From the NCBI GenBank assembly GCA_040954595.2, contig CM082576.2, positions 17,779,028 through 17,843,027 of the forward strand: DNA of 64,000 nt. Direction: 5' to 3'. Shown piece after piece: positions 1-10,355 of the stretch. Each line of letters begins with the position of its first letter. The stretch's first letter is position 1. The notes under the pieces are model-generated. The model did not search any database and was not told the DNA's origin. It saw only the letters and a list, made by a program, of their open reading frames with translations. The DNA comes from Balanoglossus misakiensis. Taxonomy: Eukaryota; Animalia; Hemichordata. Position numbers and translations under genes: made by a program.

Positions 1-1
1 C

Positions 2-58
2 TTCAAAAACGATGTTGCATTTGACATTGCAAATGCTAAGGGTTTTGGATATGCCTGA
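2..58 (+). CDS. 3' end of a probable HECT-domain (G2E3-like) gene, partner gene of the left IS3EU-like element; truncated by window start
   Basis: Frame 2 reads FKNDVAFDIANAKGFGYA*, resembling the F-x-x-x-hydrophobic...I-x-N-x-x-GFG-x-x-stop tail of HECT domains. It is convergent with the transposase at 1486-2611. Only 18 codons are visible. Confidence 0.5.
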   Translation, partial: FKNDVAFDIANAKGFGYA

Positions 59-1485
59 ACATTAAAGTGTAAAATGAGACATAACTACAGTTTTTCATCT
101 ATTTTCACACGGTGTCCAGACTCGGCCATTCACTGATGACCAAGCTTAAGTTCACACACTATTTTTAAACCTCAGAAGCAAGTTAAGCAAATTCTATGTA
201 ATAAGATGTGCTGCTGTTTATGCATTCAACTGCCAAACAGTACACCTGGTATGCAAGAGATTTGATTTTGCCTTTTGGCAAGTGGTTTCACTGTTCAGGT
301 GTGATAAATTTAGACAAAATTGTTCCAGATTTGTGCCAGAGAAAAAACATTGTTCCCAATGTCATCACTACAAATGTGCATGTGTTAATGTTGCCCATTT
401 ATGAATGTCTATCAATGGACAAAACATTTTATTGGGAAATCAGTAAGAAAAGAGTAGTTTTTACCTTTTTTACTTCGTTCTCCTTTAAAAAGTGTTCAAA
501 ATTCTGGTGAGCATCAGTTGTTTAAACCGATTCGTGTAGTAGTCACAAGTTTTAGAATAGAACTGTACTCTGTAGTATATTATATTGTGCTTGATCGACC
601 AGTTTAGGGTTTAACCTTCTGTTAGATGTTTACTATAACACTTGGAAATAAAAAATGATACTCTGTTCATAAATTAGTTGTGTATGTTCATTAAAGTGTG
701 TGTGAACACCATTATGTCATGAAACGAGGTAATGCTGTACTAATGTCAGTGTGTGTGTGTGTGTGTGAATATGACATAGTGTGTGACATTTGGGAATTAT
801 GACTTGCTAATTGACAGCTAATTTGCATATTTAATGATTCTATGCAATTAGCAATACAACTCTTGAAATACTGTTCTGATATTCATGAAATTTGCCAGCT
901 TATACTGTTTTTTACACAGATCAAACAAAACCTCACTGCTGCCATTTTGGCAATAATTTCAGATTTTCAACATTAATTTGGTGTATTTGCAATATATCAT
1001 AAAACTACAGTAAGAATCCCAAACTGATCTTAGGGGAGAACCATTTGATTTTTTTGGGTGGGGGGGGGGGGTTATTGCAGAAGGAAACAAATTCATTTGC
1101 AATGCCATGTTTGAAATGGAGTAAAGAATGTCACACAAGTTAGAAAATCTCATTCTTTCATTTTTAGGCACTTGTCAGTTTATGAGCAGTTTATTCTTGT
1201 CCACCGTTCATTTGAATAATTTGGCAATCAAAATGATAGGTAAAATGAACAAATCTACGCTATTTTGATTTTTATGAATATATTTTATTAGATTCAAAGA
1301 CAATCTTACTACCATGTTTGCTTGGATTACTACCAATTTAAAAATGCGGTAGTCACAACTGATTGCTGCGAAAAATGTTTATTTCGAGCCATGTTTTGCA
1401 GCAAGTATATCACAGACTGGACTGGAAAATGTCGCTCTCCCGTTGGTGAAGGAAGCGCCCTCAATCGACGGGTTTACATGTCTAA

Positions 1486-2611
1486 TTATACACCATCATT
1501 TGCGCACATAAGTAAATGCTCATACAGCTCTTTTGCCTCGCGCCAATTTGCTGGTTCGGACAGGTTTAAATATCGAAACACATATTGGAAATACTCCTGG
1601 TTTTCATTATTATAATCTACTTCAATGATTAGGGTTTCTGCATAATTTATTTCATGTTCTGGTACAGGCAACATCAAATTGTCAGTGCCACCATGGTGCT
1701 CTGGGAGGAAATACAATGAATCAGGTCTCCCACTGACGGTTTCATGTCAAGATTTTCTTATGTAGTGTGTGTTCCAATTTTCCTTCACATGATTTAAATC
1801 TTCTTGGAGGAGACGGGCAAAACAAAACCACAAACACTCCTTATGTAGTGTGTTACTACTGTCAAAGGTACCCTGTGCTTCAAAATCTTCTTACGATTGA
1901 TCCACCATGTCGAATGATTTCTGCGCAGAAACGACCACCATGCCTCAATTCTTTGATTACGTTGTGATGCAACATATCTATGTGCATCTGAGTTATCGCG
2001 AAAGAAACACTGAACCGCTGCAACTGTGCTATTTTCAGTACCCAAATCAGTATCTAGTTCTATAGGACACCCTCCAAACTCACGCACAGCTTGTAAGTAG
2101 TATGCAGCCACATTGTCAGGCAAGTTATTTGAACGTGTAACATACAACCATAAAATCTTTCTGTTGTATCCGTCAATACATCCGTGTATTGGGAAGCCAA
2201 AGGGCTTTAGTTTGTCGTACCCATCCATATGCCACACACAGTTTGGTCCTGGGCACAAATACTCCCTTCTTTTAAGACATCCAATAGCTGAATGACAGAG
2301 TCTCTGACGACACTAACATCGTAATCGGGAGATCTTCGCCTTAAATTCAACCGTTGCAATCGTCGTAACAGCGTTCTGCGACTCATATAAACGTCGTAGT
2401 ATTTTGACAGATATAATAGAATTTCATTGTATGTATACCCCCTATAAAAGAAATAGGTGATGAGGCCTTCTTCATCGTAGTTGGCGACCGAGTGGCTGCT
2501 CATTTCTGTGCACATCGGCGACACTCGATAAGGCAAGGTTGGTGTGAAGACGTCGTCCATTTTAAATCGAACTGTATTGCGGGATATATAGTGAATTTCC
2601 GCCTTGAGCAA
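1486..2611 (-). pseudogene. IS3EU-type DDE transposase (Clr5-like HTH plus integrase core), frameshifted
   Basis: ORFs 2207-2611, 1794-2258 and 1486-1716 give ITYFFYRGYTYNEILLYL...MSRRTLLRRL, GPNCVWHMDGYDKLK, LDTDLGTEN and RNQRIEAWW, which supply the D-D-E triad. Confidence 0.85.
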
Positions 2612-2619
2612 AAGAAAGT

Positions 2620-2990
2620 TTTGTCCACGCGAATAAGAGTTGTGTCCGACAAAATTAGAAAGTTGCGCCCATCAAAATTAGAGTTGTGTCCAACAAATAA
2701 AGGGCTGTGTCAGGCGAAATTAGAGTTGTGTCCATCAATTTGAGAGTTGTGTCCTACAATTTATAGAGTTTTGTCCGACAAAGTTAGAGTTGTGTCCACC
2801 AATTAGAGAGTTTTGTGTCCACCAATTAGAGAGTTTTGTCCGACAAAGTTAGAGTTGTGTCCACCAATAAGAGAGTTTTGTCCAACAAAGTTAGAGTTGT
2901 GTCCACCAATTAGAGAGTTTTGTCCGACAAAGTTAGAGTTGTGTCCACCAATTAGAGAGTTTTGTCGGGACAAAATTAAAGTTGTGTACA
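2620..2990. repeat. 21-bp (42-bp higher-order) tandem array in the IS3EU subterminal region
   Basis: Alternating units TTAGAGTTGTGTCCACCAA and GAGAGTTTTGTCCGACAAA. Confidence 0.9.
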
Positions 2991-3028
2991 CTTAATTAGT
3001 GAATTGGTCTGTCACATACGGGCTACCG

Positions 3029-3235
3029 TACCTTATAACGAAGGCGCATCACCTTATAACGTAGGCCCATAACCTTAAAACGTAGGCCCATCACCTTATA
3101 ACAGATGCGCATAACCTTATAGCGTAGGCCCATCACCTTATAACAGATGCGCATCACCTTATAACGTAGGCCCATCACCTTATAACGTATGCGCATCAAC
3201 TTATAACCTATGCCCATCACCTTATAATGTATGCA
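3029..3235. repeat. 21-bp tandem array adjacent to the IS3EU terminus
   Basis: About 10 copies of ACCTTATAACGTAGGCCCATC-like units. Confidence 0.9.
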
Positions 3236-3304
3236 CATCATAATATAAAGAATCCCCATGGCAACATAATTTTACGTCACTTAAGACAGTCATGGCTTTC
3301 CATA

Positions 3305-3999
3305 GGCTACCATCCTTTTTCTTTACAACCACTATAGGGGATGCATAAGGAGATTTACTTGGCCTTATCACACCAGAGTTCTCCATATCATTCAGATGCT
3401 TGAGTACATCCTGATACTGGGCAGGCGGTATCCTTCGATGTGGCACCCGGAATGGCTTTTCATCTATAAGGGGTATCTCATGTTCCACTGTTGATGTACA
3501 CCCGTAGTCTAGAGGATGTTGAGAGAAGACATCCGAGTTCTGATCCAGTAGGTCTTGTAAGTGTTTTAATTCTTTCCGAGTTTTAAAGACAGAGTTGCTG
3601 AAATCTATGTCTTCAGATACTGGTGTCACTCTTCCTTGAGCTGAGACCGGACGATGTGGAGCTGGTGACCTATACCGTCGTCTACACTCGTTTCCATTGG
3701 CGCGTTTACTTTCACTAGTGGATTGAACTCGTGTTTTTGGTCTCCCTCTGTCTGTACATACCATGTCAGTCAACACAGTCTTAACTTTGGCATCGATGTG
3801 TAGATCGGCAAGTGCTGTATTGCGGTATATCCTCACGGGTTTCGCAGACAGATTACAAACTCTAACAATGACTCGATCATTCTCCACTGTGCTCAAACTT
3901 CTAGCCGTCACAATATTATTCAAGTCTCCACTGCAGCTTGGACCTTCCACCAGGACAGTATAGGGCTTCTCCGCTGAAGTTCTTGGGGCAAGGCAATTT
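3305..3999 (-). pseudogene. Gypsy pol fragment (linker plus RT N-terminus)
   Basis: ORF 3222-3950. It joins EVCINCLA (ending ~9255) in frame as PRTSAEKPYTVLVEGP once the LINE and one TSD copy are removed. Confidence 0.85.
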
Positions 4000-4056
4000 T
4001 TATTTTTATTTTTATAAAATCTTTAATTCAGCAATTGCAGAGTATACAGGATTATG

Positions 4057-7000
4057 TTACACATATTTCATGAAATTTACAATAGTTCTATCGTTTTTTA
4101 CATAGTTTATATAATATAGCTCTTCAGTAAGGAATTTTCTCACATTTTGCTGTTTTAGTATCCTTGCTTTGTATACCGCAAAGGTGCTTAACATTATGAT
4201 TAGGTTCAAAGGTTCGAACTTGTGTAGCTCTAGATAGTAACCATAGATTACATGCTTCCAAGATAAGCTGAACTGAGTGTTGTATGATCTATTAAGGGCT
4301 CGAGTAACAGTGGCCCAGAAATGTGTTACATTTTTACAATCAAAAAGAAAATGCTTACAATCTTCAATTACATTACAAACTTCACACAATGGAGAGGCTT
4401 CTCTCTTCCATTTAAATAAATTCACTTTGTGTGGAAGTTTATCATACAATAAAAATAAATTGAATTGAGCAATCTTTTTAATCTGTATTTTTTTCACTTT
4501 GATTGCCCATATCATACTCCAGTTCGGATAAACACCGATTTTGTTTTCCCACACCTTTGTCACATATGATTTTTCTACATACTTATTTACCAGATTCCAA
4601 TAGAAATCTTTACAGCAAAAAGTAAAAACGTCTGTATACTTTCCCTGATGATTTTTTTTCATTATAGCTTTTCTTTGATGAGTAACTATTAACTCATTTC
4701 TTACATTTCTCATACACTGCTTCCATTGATCTGGAATAGCTTTTTTTAAAATCATGTACTGAGTAATCCAGTTTCTTCTTTTCTGTAGCTTGTTTAAAAG
4801 ACAGTGCTGATCAATGAAATTACCATTAACAAATAAGTCGGCTATATGAATAAATCCAGCCTCGATCCACTCAGTGAAAAATAAAGGATGGTTATTTACC
4901 GTTATATTACAATTCCCCCAAATTATTTGTTCTCCCACCTTATTGGGATTTAAATCTATCCGTTGCCCGCTTTGCACAACCTCGTTCCAAATCTTTAAAA
5001 TAGACGAATAAAAACGTGGCAGACCTTTCGTGACATAACATATGCCTGTGTTATTTAGGTTGTACGTAAATATACGCTTGGTCCCCCCAAACTTTTCCAG
5101 GTGGTAATCGATGACTATCTTCCATGTCTGGTTATCGCTGTTTACAAGTCTTGATACCCATCCACACATCAGAGCTTTTACAGTCGAACTTACATCAAGC
5201 ATCTCTATACCTCCATTTTCAATCTTATTAATGATAATACTCTTTCGAATTTTTCCCTTTTTCCCACTCCATAAAAAGTTGTAGAAAAGCTTGTTTAGTC
5301 GCACTATCACATCTTTTGGTGTAACAATCATAGAGGCTAGGTATACAATTTTAAAAAACGCAAGACTCTTCAGAATGGTTAGTTTACCAAAGACGCTCAA
5401 ATATCTTTTCTTCCAACTATCTAATAATTTCTCAATTTTTTCTAATTTTTTGTCCCAATTTAAAATTTTCAACTCTTTCTTGTTGTGGCCAAAGTAAACC
5501 CCCAAAGCCTTAATGGCTTTATTGGACCATGGAATAAGGCCGATATTACCCTTCCTTTTCCAGGACCCTAGCTTCAACCCTTCAGTTTTTTCTCTATTCA
5601 ATTTTAAGCCAGAGTACTTTCCATATTGGTCAATAATATTCACTACTCGGGCCAAAGATTTTTCATTCTCGATGTACACTTGGGTATCATCTGCCAATTG
5701 AGTGATTTTTATGATCTTATTCCCCACTTTAAAACCAATATTATTCTCATTGCGGATAACCTGGGCAAGTAACTCTGCAAATATGATGAAAAGTAGAGCT
5801 GACAATGGACAACCCTGCCGTATACCTCTTTGTAATGCAAATGAAGAGGTTATCCAACCGTTGTTGGTAACTGCACTCTTACATTCTGTGTAGATCCAGG
5901 TGATAAATGAATTACCAAATCCGAACTTTTCCAGCGCTACAAACATAAATTTGTGTTCTACCATATCAAAAGCTTTACAAAAGTCTAAGAATATGATGGC
6001 CCCTCCTTTATTTCTTTTCTCAGCAAAATCAATCAAGTCTTCAATCAGACGGACATTTTGACCACTAAACCTACCTTTGATATATCCCACTTGATCTGTG
6101 TTAATAATTGTGGGAATAACCTTCTTTAGTCTATTTGCAAGTACGCATGACAGAATTTTGTAGTCGTGATTTAACAATGAGATGGGTCTCCAATTCTTCA
6201 AATCGAGCCTTGTGTCTTTTTTGTGTATAAGCGTGATGACACTTTCACGCTGCGTAATAGCAAGCTTCCCTTCGTCAAAACCCTCATTAAAAGAGTCAAT
6301 GACAAGATTCTTCAAGCTGTCCCAGAACATGCGATAACATTCTATGGGAATACCATCCAACCCAGGTGTTTTATTACTTTTCATATGCCAAATAGCTTTT
6401 GTGCATTCCTCTACCGTTATACTACCTTCCATCTTTTCTGCAAGATTACCTGTTAATTTAGAGTTTGTGCTAATGTTATTAATATAATGTCTTATATCAT
6501 TTTCGTTTACCCCTGTTGTCATATACAGATCACTATAAAAATCTCTCTGTGCATTAAGGATATCTTCTGTTTTTGTTAAAATTCTACCATTTACACAACG
6601 TTTTGTAATCTGCTTGTCCCTGTATCTCTTCCTCTTCAACCCCAGGAAGTATCTGCTGTTTCTTTCACCTTCTTCATACCATTTTATTCTTGATCTTATC
6701 TGCACCCCCCGTAACCTGTGTATATAAATTTGGTTAAGCTGGTTCTTTTTGCTTTCGTATTCTTTAATCATGTCATTGTCCCTGTTGGAGGAGTTTAATA
6801 ACTTACTTTCTAATTTCATGATCTCATTTTCTAAAATCTTCAGCCTAGATTTTCTTTTCCTTTCCTTATCTTTTGCATATTTCATGCTAACTTCTTTAAC
6901 TTTTATTTTTAGAATATCCCATAGATTTCTTTTGTGGCCATTACTATTACAATACTTCAATGTGTCAGTAATCACTGCCTTAATTAAGCATTTATACTCT

Positions 7001-7770
7001 TCGTCCTTAGCCAAACTGGTATTTAACTTCCAATAGCCGGGACCCGTTTCAGAATCTGTGAAACCTATTTTTAGCGAAACAGCATTGTGATCTGTTCTAA
7101 CAGTAGGCCTTATGTCAGCGGAATGAACGCTGGCAAGAAGCTGCTTTGAAATCAGCCAAAAATCTATTCTACTTGCTAGACCCAATGTAACCTGTCGCCA
7201 GGTGTATTGTAGCGTATCAGGATGCAGTGTTCTCCATACATCACACAGCGTAAAAGACTTAGTGAGGTTACGAAGTTTTTTAGACCGCACATAATAGCTC
7301 TTAACCCCACGTCTATCAATATTGACGTCGAAAACAGTATTGAAGTCCCCACCAATAAGGATATAACCTTCGGGTGAAGCGTTTTTGTGTACGAAGCTTT
7401 TCAGAGAAGTCAGGAACGCTTCTCTTTCGCTATGGACATTCGGTGCGTACACATTTACAATTGTGAACACTTCATCATCAATCTCGACAACGACGAGCAA
7501 TTTTCTGCCATCATATGAACACTTAGTATGCCTTATTGTACAGTTTAGACGCTTGTCAAACAGAATTGCGACTCCTTTACTGTGGTTGGTACCAAAGGAG
7601 TTGGTAATGTGCCATTTCCATTCAAAACTGATTTGAGTGGAGAGTTTTTCGTCCCAGTATGTCTCTTGCAACAGCACAATGTCTGCTTTTTGTTCTCTTG
7701 TCCATTTGAAAACCTGTTTCCGTTTTTGTGACTCTCTCAGTCCTCTGCAGTTCAGAGACAGAAAATGCAT
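4057..7770 (-). CDS. LINE ORF2: APE endonuclease, reverse transcriptase and C-terminal CCHC zinc finger (1237 aa)
   Basis: SLNCRGL, LLQET, GGDFN, SRIDF, TDHNAV; WRPISLLN, LDFCKAFD, GIRQGCPLS, QLADDT; CEVC...HFLFDC. Confidence 0.97.
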   Translation of the reverse strand: MHFLSLNCRGLRESQKRKQVFKWTREQKADIVLLQETYWDEKLSTQISFEWKWHITNSFGTNHSKGVAILFDKRLNCTIRHTKCSYDGRKLLVVVEIDDEVFTIVNVYAPNVHSEREAFLTSLKSFVHKNASPEGYILIGGDFNTVFDVNIDRRGVKSYYVRSKKLRNLTKSFTLCDVWRTLHPDTLQYTWRQVTLGLASRIDFWLISKQLLASVHSADIRPTVRTDHNAVSLKIGFTDSETGPGYWKLNTSLAKDEEYKCLIKAVITDTLKYCNSNGHKRNLWDILKIKVKEVSMKYAKDKERKRKSRLKILENEIMKLESKLLNSSNRDNDMIKEYESKKNQLNQIYIHRLRGVQIRSRIKWYEEGERNSRYFLGLKRKRYRDKQITKRCVNGRILTKTEDILNAQRDFYSDLYMTTGVNENDIRHYINNISTNSKLTGNLAEKMEGSITVEECTKAIWHMKSNKTPGLDGIPIECYRMFWDSLKNLVIDSFNEGFDEGKLAITQRESVITLIHKKDTRLDLKNWRPISLLNHDYKILSCVLANRLKKVIPTIINTDQVGYIKGRFSGQNVRLIEDLIDFAEKRNKGGAIIFLDFCKAFDMVEHKFMFVALEKFGFGNSFITWIYTECKSAVTNNGWITSSFALQRGIRQGCPLSALLFIIFAELLAQVIRNENNIGFKVGNKIIKITQLADDTQVYIENEKSLARVVNIIDQYGKYSGLKLNREKTEGLKLGSWKRKGNIGLIPWSNKAIKALGVYFGHNKKELKILNWDKKLEKIEKLLDSWKKRYLSVFGKLTILKSLAFFKIVYLASMIVTPKDVIVRLNKLFYNFLWSGKKGKIRKSIIINKIENGGIEMLDVSSTVKALMCGWVSRLVNSDNQTWKIVIDYHLEKFGGTKRIFTYNLNNTGICYVTKGLPRFYSSILKIWNEVVQSGQRIDLNPNKVGEQIIWGNCNITVNNHPLFFTEWIEAGFIHIADLFVNGNFIDQHCLLNKLQKRRNWITQYMILKKAIPDQWKQCMRNVRNELIVTHQRKAIMKKNHQGKYTDVFTFCCKDFYWNLVNKYVEKSYVTKVWENKIGVYPNWSMIWAIKVKKIQIKKIAQFNLFLLYDKLPHKVNLFKWKREASPLCEVCNVIEDCKHFLFDCKNVTHFWATVTRALNRSYNTQFSLSWKHVIYGYYLELHKFEPLNLIIMLSTFAVYKARILKQQNVRKFLTEELYYINYVKNDRTIVNFMKYV

Positions 7771-7848
7771 AAAGTGGTAGATCTAAATCTGAACGCAAGT
7801 AAGAAAACTATAGTTTAAAGAGCTTACAGGAAGAAACAGTCTGCTTTC

Positions 7849-9021
7849 TCATCTTCTTCTTTGCCCTTGGACTTTCTTTCTTTTCTTCGCTGCTTTCTTC
7901 GCTTTGGTCTTCGCTACCATCGCTTTCCTAAACGCGTCTGACGCCGCCGAATCTTCTTCCAAATCTTCCGTCTCTTCGTCCGACAGCAACGTTGAAGACA
8001 TGTCTGTTGAAGTACTGACGTGTTTGCGCTTTGTGTCACTGGGCGTGGCAGTAACCGTTAACGGTACAGATGTCCGGGACTCGGCTACGTAATCGGTGAT
8101 CTTTTGCTGCTTGGCCTGGTGTGGTACCTCGGATGCCTTCGACGGAATACTTTGCCTCGATTTCACACTTTCTGTTGCAACTGTCGCAGCAGCTGGATTC
8201 TCTGTGTGTGCAGCACTGTCGGCCTGTACGTCACTGTCTTGACTGATTGTCACCTCTTTCGTATGTAAATAGCTCCAATTATGCATACTTGTGCAATTGG
8301 CGCGAATGTGTCCACTCTTCTTACAAAGCCTGCATACCACCTGATTGCTGCAATCTGACTTCAGGTGGCCTTGCTGGAGACAGTTGAAGCAAAATGACTT
8401 GCCATAACTATCCTGCATCTGGGTGTTAGCTTCTTCCTTCCTTTCGCTATACAAGAGGTTGCAAATAAAGCCATCTATTTTTATTTGCCAGTCCGGCGGG
8501 GTTGGTTGACTAAGTTTGTTGACAAAGACAAAGCGGTCTCCATTATCAATATTCGTCAATTTCCCGTCGATTCGCCATTTCGCTTTCACTATTGATCTCA
8601 CCTGTATACCAATTTCCTTGAGTTTCTGTCTTATGACTTCATCACTCACAGACAATGGCAAGTTTCTGACTGTGATTCTGTCAGATGGATCTCTTTTTGA
8701 TGAAGTGTAAGGGTTTTCATCGTATAAAGTCATTCTTTTGCCTCTCAGGTTTATTCCTCCCGATAGCAAAATGATACGATCAGCAGTATCGTTAACATAC
8801 AGGCGCCACAAACCTCGTATTCTTTGTATCCCTGTTATTCCTGTCGGGTCAATCGATTCCGCCATAGCTTTGATGATCTCCGGCCCAGATAGCATCGGCA
8901 CATCTTCTCTTGAAATCACATCATAGTGTTTCAAGAAGACCGGTTTGACAACTTCACTTTCCTTCACATTACTTGCCGTTTCTGTGGACTTGCTGGTTAC
9001 GTCATTCATGCATACCGCCAT
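7849..9021 (-). CDS. LINE ORF1, gag-like protein with two CCHC zinc knuckles (390 aa)
   Basis: GIQRIRGLWRLY, RITVRNLPLSV, CFNCLQQGHLKSDC, CRLCKKSGHIRANC and a basic C-terminus; lies directly upstream of ORF2. Confidence 0.93.
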   Translation of the reverse strand: MAVCMNDVTSKSTETASNVKESEVVKPVFLKHYDVISREDVPMLSGPEIIKAMAESIDPTGITGIQRIRGLWRLYVNDTADRIILLSGGINLRGKRMTLYDENPYTSSKRDPSDRITVRNLPLSVSDEVIRQKLKEIGIQVRSIVKAKWRIDGKLTNIDNGDRFVFVNKLSQPTPPDWQIKIDGFICNLLYSERKEEANTQMQDSYGKSFCFNCLQQGHLKSDCSNQVVCRLCKKSGHIRANCTSMHNWSYLHTKEVTISQDSDVQADSAAHTENPAAATVATESVKSRQSIPSKASEVPHQAKQQKITDYVAESRTSVPLTVTATPSDTKRKHVSTSTDMSSTLLSDEETEDLEEDSAASDAFRKAMVAKTKAKKAAKKRKKVQGQRRR

Positions 9022-9254
9022 ATTGGTTCTCCAAGATTGTCAATGCGGCTTCGTTGCAAGTTTTCCACTTTAGATTTCAGGAAACATCAAAGTCGTCTGC
9101 ACGAAAACCTCCACTCTGTGTGAAGACTGCTTGTAGTTGCAGCCTTTGCACGTCACAAAAACGACGATACAAGCTCTGACAAGGATATAAACTCAATAGA
9201 TATCAGATCGAAGCGACTGGGTCTGTGCCTTGGTACAGCCTCGTTTTCGCCTCC

Positions 9255-9989
9255 GGCAAGGCAATTTATGCATACCTCACTTCTGGGGGGAATAATGTAT
9301 GGCCGACTTCCTGTATATTTGGCAGCACCAATTCGTCCATCATGTCCACCAATTTCAGTTCGCCCAGTGTCTCTATATACTCGATGCCAGACTGCCGATG
9401 TTTTCTTCACTTTGGTAAGATAACATGCCCCATGAGTATTTCTCATATGTATGCGACTTGCCCGAATCACATTTGTTCCAATCAGAACAGGCACTTCCCT
9501 CCTGTAATCAGTATCCGGCATGACAAAGGCTGGAACATCACTATAACGTTGACCAAGAAACTGAAATAGATGTAATCTGCGACCCAGTGTCAACTAGAGC
9601 CCTACAGGGTACACCATCTACAATCACGTCATCTTCGTTTGCTGGGCCAATCAGCTGTTGGTGGCTGGCATCTGACATATTAACTGCACGTAATGGCTGT
9701 TCTTGACTACACCGATACCGTGACTTTAAAGAGTCATTCTTAGAGTTTTTCTCAATAGGGCTGAACATTTCTTCAGTGCCTGTCGCCTGCCCTTCAGCAA
9801 CAGGCCCTATTCGTTTAATGGACACCGTCTACTGATATGGCCTTCTTTTCCACACTTGAAACAAGTAATAGGGCCTGCTTTGAAACGAGAACGATTGGTA
9901 TACGGTACCTGAGCAATCCCTCCTTGACTTGGACTATTATTCTGCTTTGCTTTCACTCGCCAACCGGCGTAGACGAGTGCGCAAATCAC
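9255..9989 (-). pseudogene. Gypsy gag C-terminus and aspartic protease fragment
   Basis: ORFs 9807-9989, 9541-9825 and 9153-9593 give the knuckle, DTG motif and VPVLIGTNV; frames are broken. Confidence 0.85.
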
Positions 9990-10355
9990 TAAAAGTTAGG
10001 TTCCATGGCTGCATAGGATAAATACGATTATACACCACATCATCTCGTAGTCCCCTCATAAACTGATGAGTAAGACGATAATCGCGACCAGGAAACGTAT
10101 ATCCCCCTATTCTGCCTTTCTTCTTTTGTACGTAACACAGCTTCTAGTGAGATGGCATATGAACAGGGTGATTCGACTATGCAACTATGGACATTTTGGA
10201 ACAAACAGTCGATGTACAGAGTCTACCGGAAAACCTTCTTTATGTGCTCGGGCCTGTTTGTTCTACGCATCACAACAGAATATGCGAATAACGAGACAGT
10301 GTTTGGAAGCAACCATGGATATTTAGAACAAACCGTTGTTCCACAGAGTCTACCG

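Larger units (their letters stand above)
1..3304 (-). mobile_element. IS3EU-like DNA transposon no. 1 (one end only; the other end probably lies outside the window)
   Basis: The terminus at 3304 reads TATGGAAAGCCATGACTGTCTTA on the minus strand, close to the TATGGAACGCCGTAACTGTCTTA terminus of the element at 12152. It has 21-bp subterminal arrays and an integrase-core transposase, and it cuts the Gypsy RT frame after KKKDGS. Confidence 0.75.
4000..9254 (-). mobile_element. Full-length Tx1/L1-group non-LTR retrotransposon
   Basis: 13-bp TSD GGCAAGGCAATTT at 3987-3999 and 9255-9267. The 5' end is GGAGGCG, the tail is (AAAAAT)n, and both ORFs are open. Confidence 0.95.
3305..9989 (-). mobile_element. 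Gypsy/Ty3 LTR retrotransposon remnant (gag end, protease, start of RT), interrupted by a LINE and cut by IS3EU no. 1
   Basis: Zinc knuckle CFKCGKEGHISRRC, protease ALVDTGSQIT, and RT start VEHEIPLIDEKPFRVPHRRIPP...SPYASPIVVVKKKDGS. No LTR was identified. Confidence 0.85.

Noticed and set aside
208-510. 100-aa ORF with faint HECT C-lobe resemblance
   Set aside because: There is no catalytic TC motif or GFG end, and it lies downstream of the better candidate stop at 58.
2620-3235. Short regular repeats resembling a CRISPR array, and repetitive ORFs within them
   Set aside because: There are no unique spacers or cas genes, and the context is eukaryotic. These are transposon subterminal arrays.
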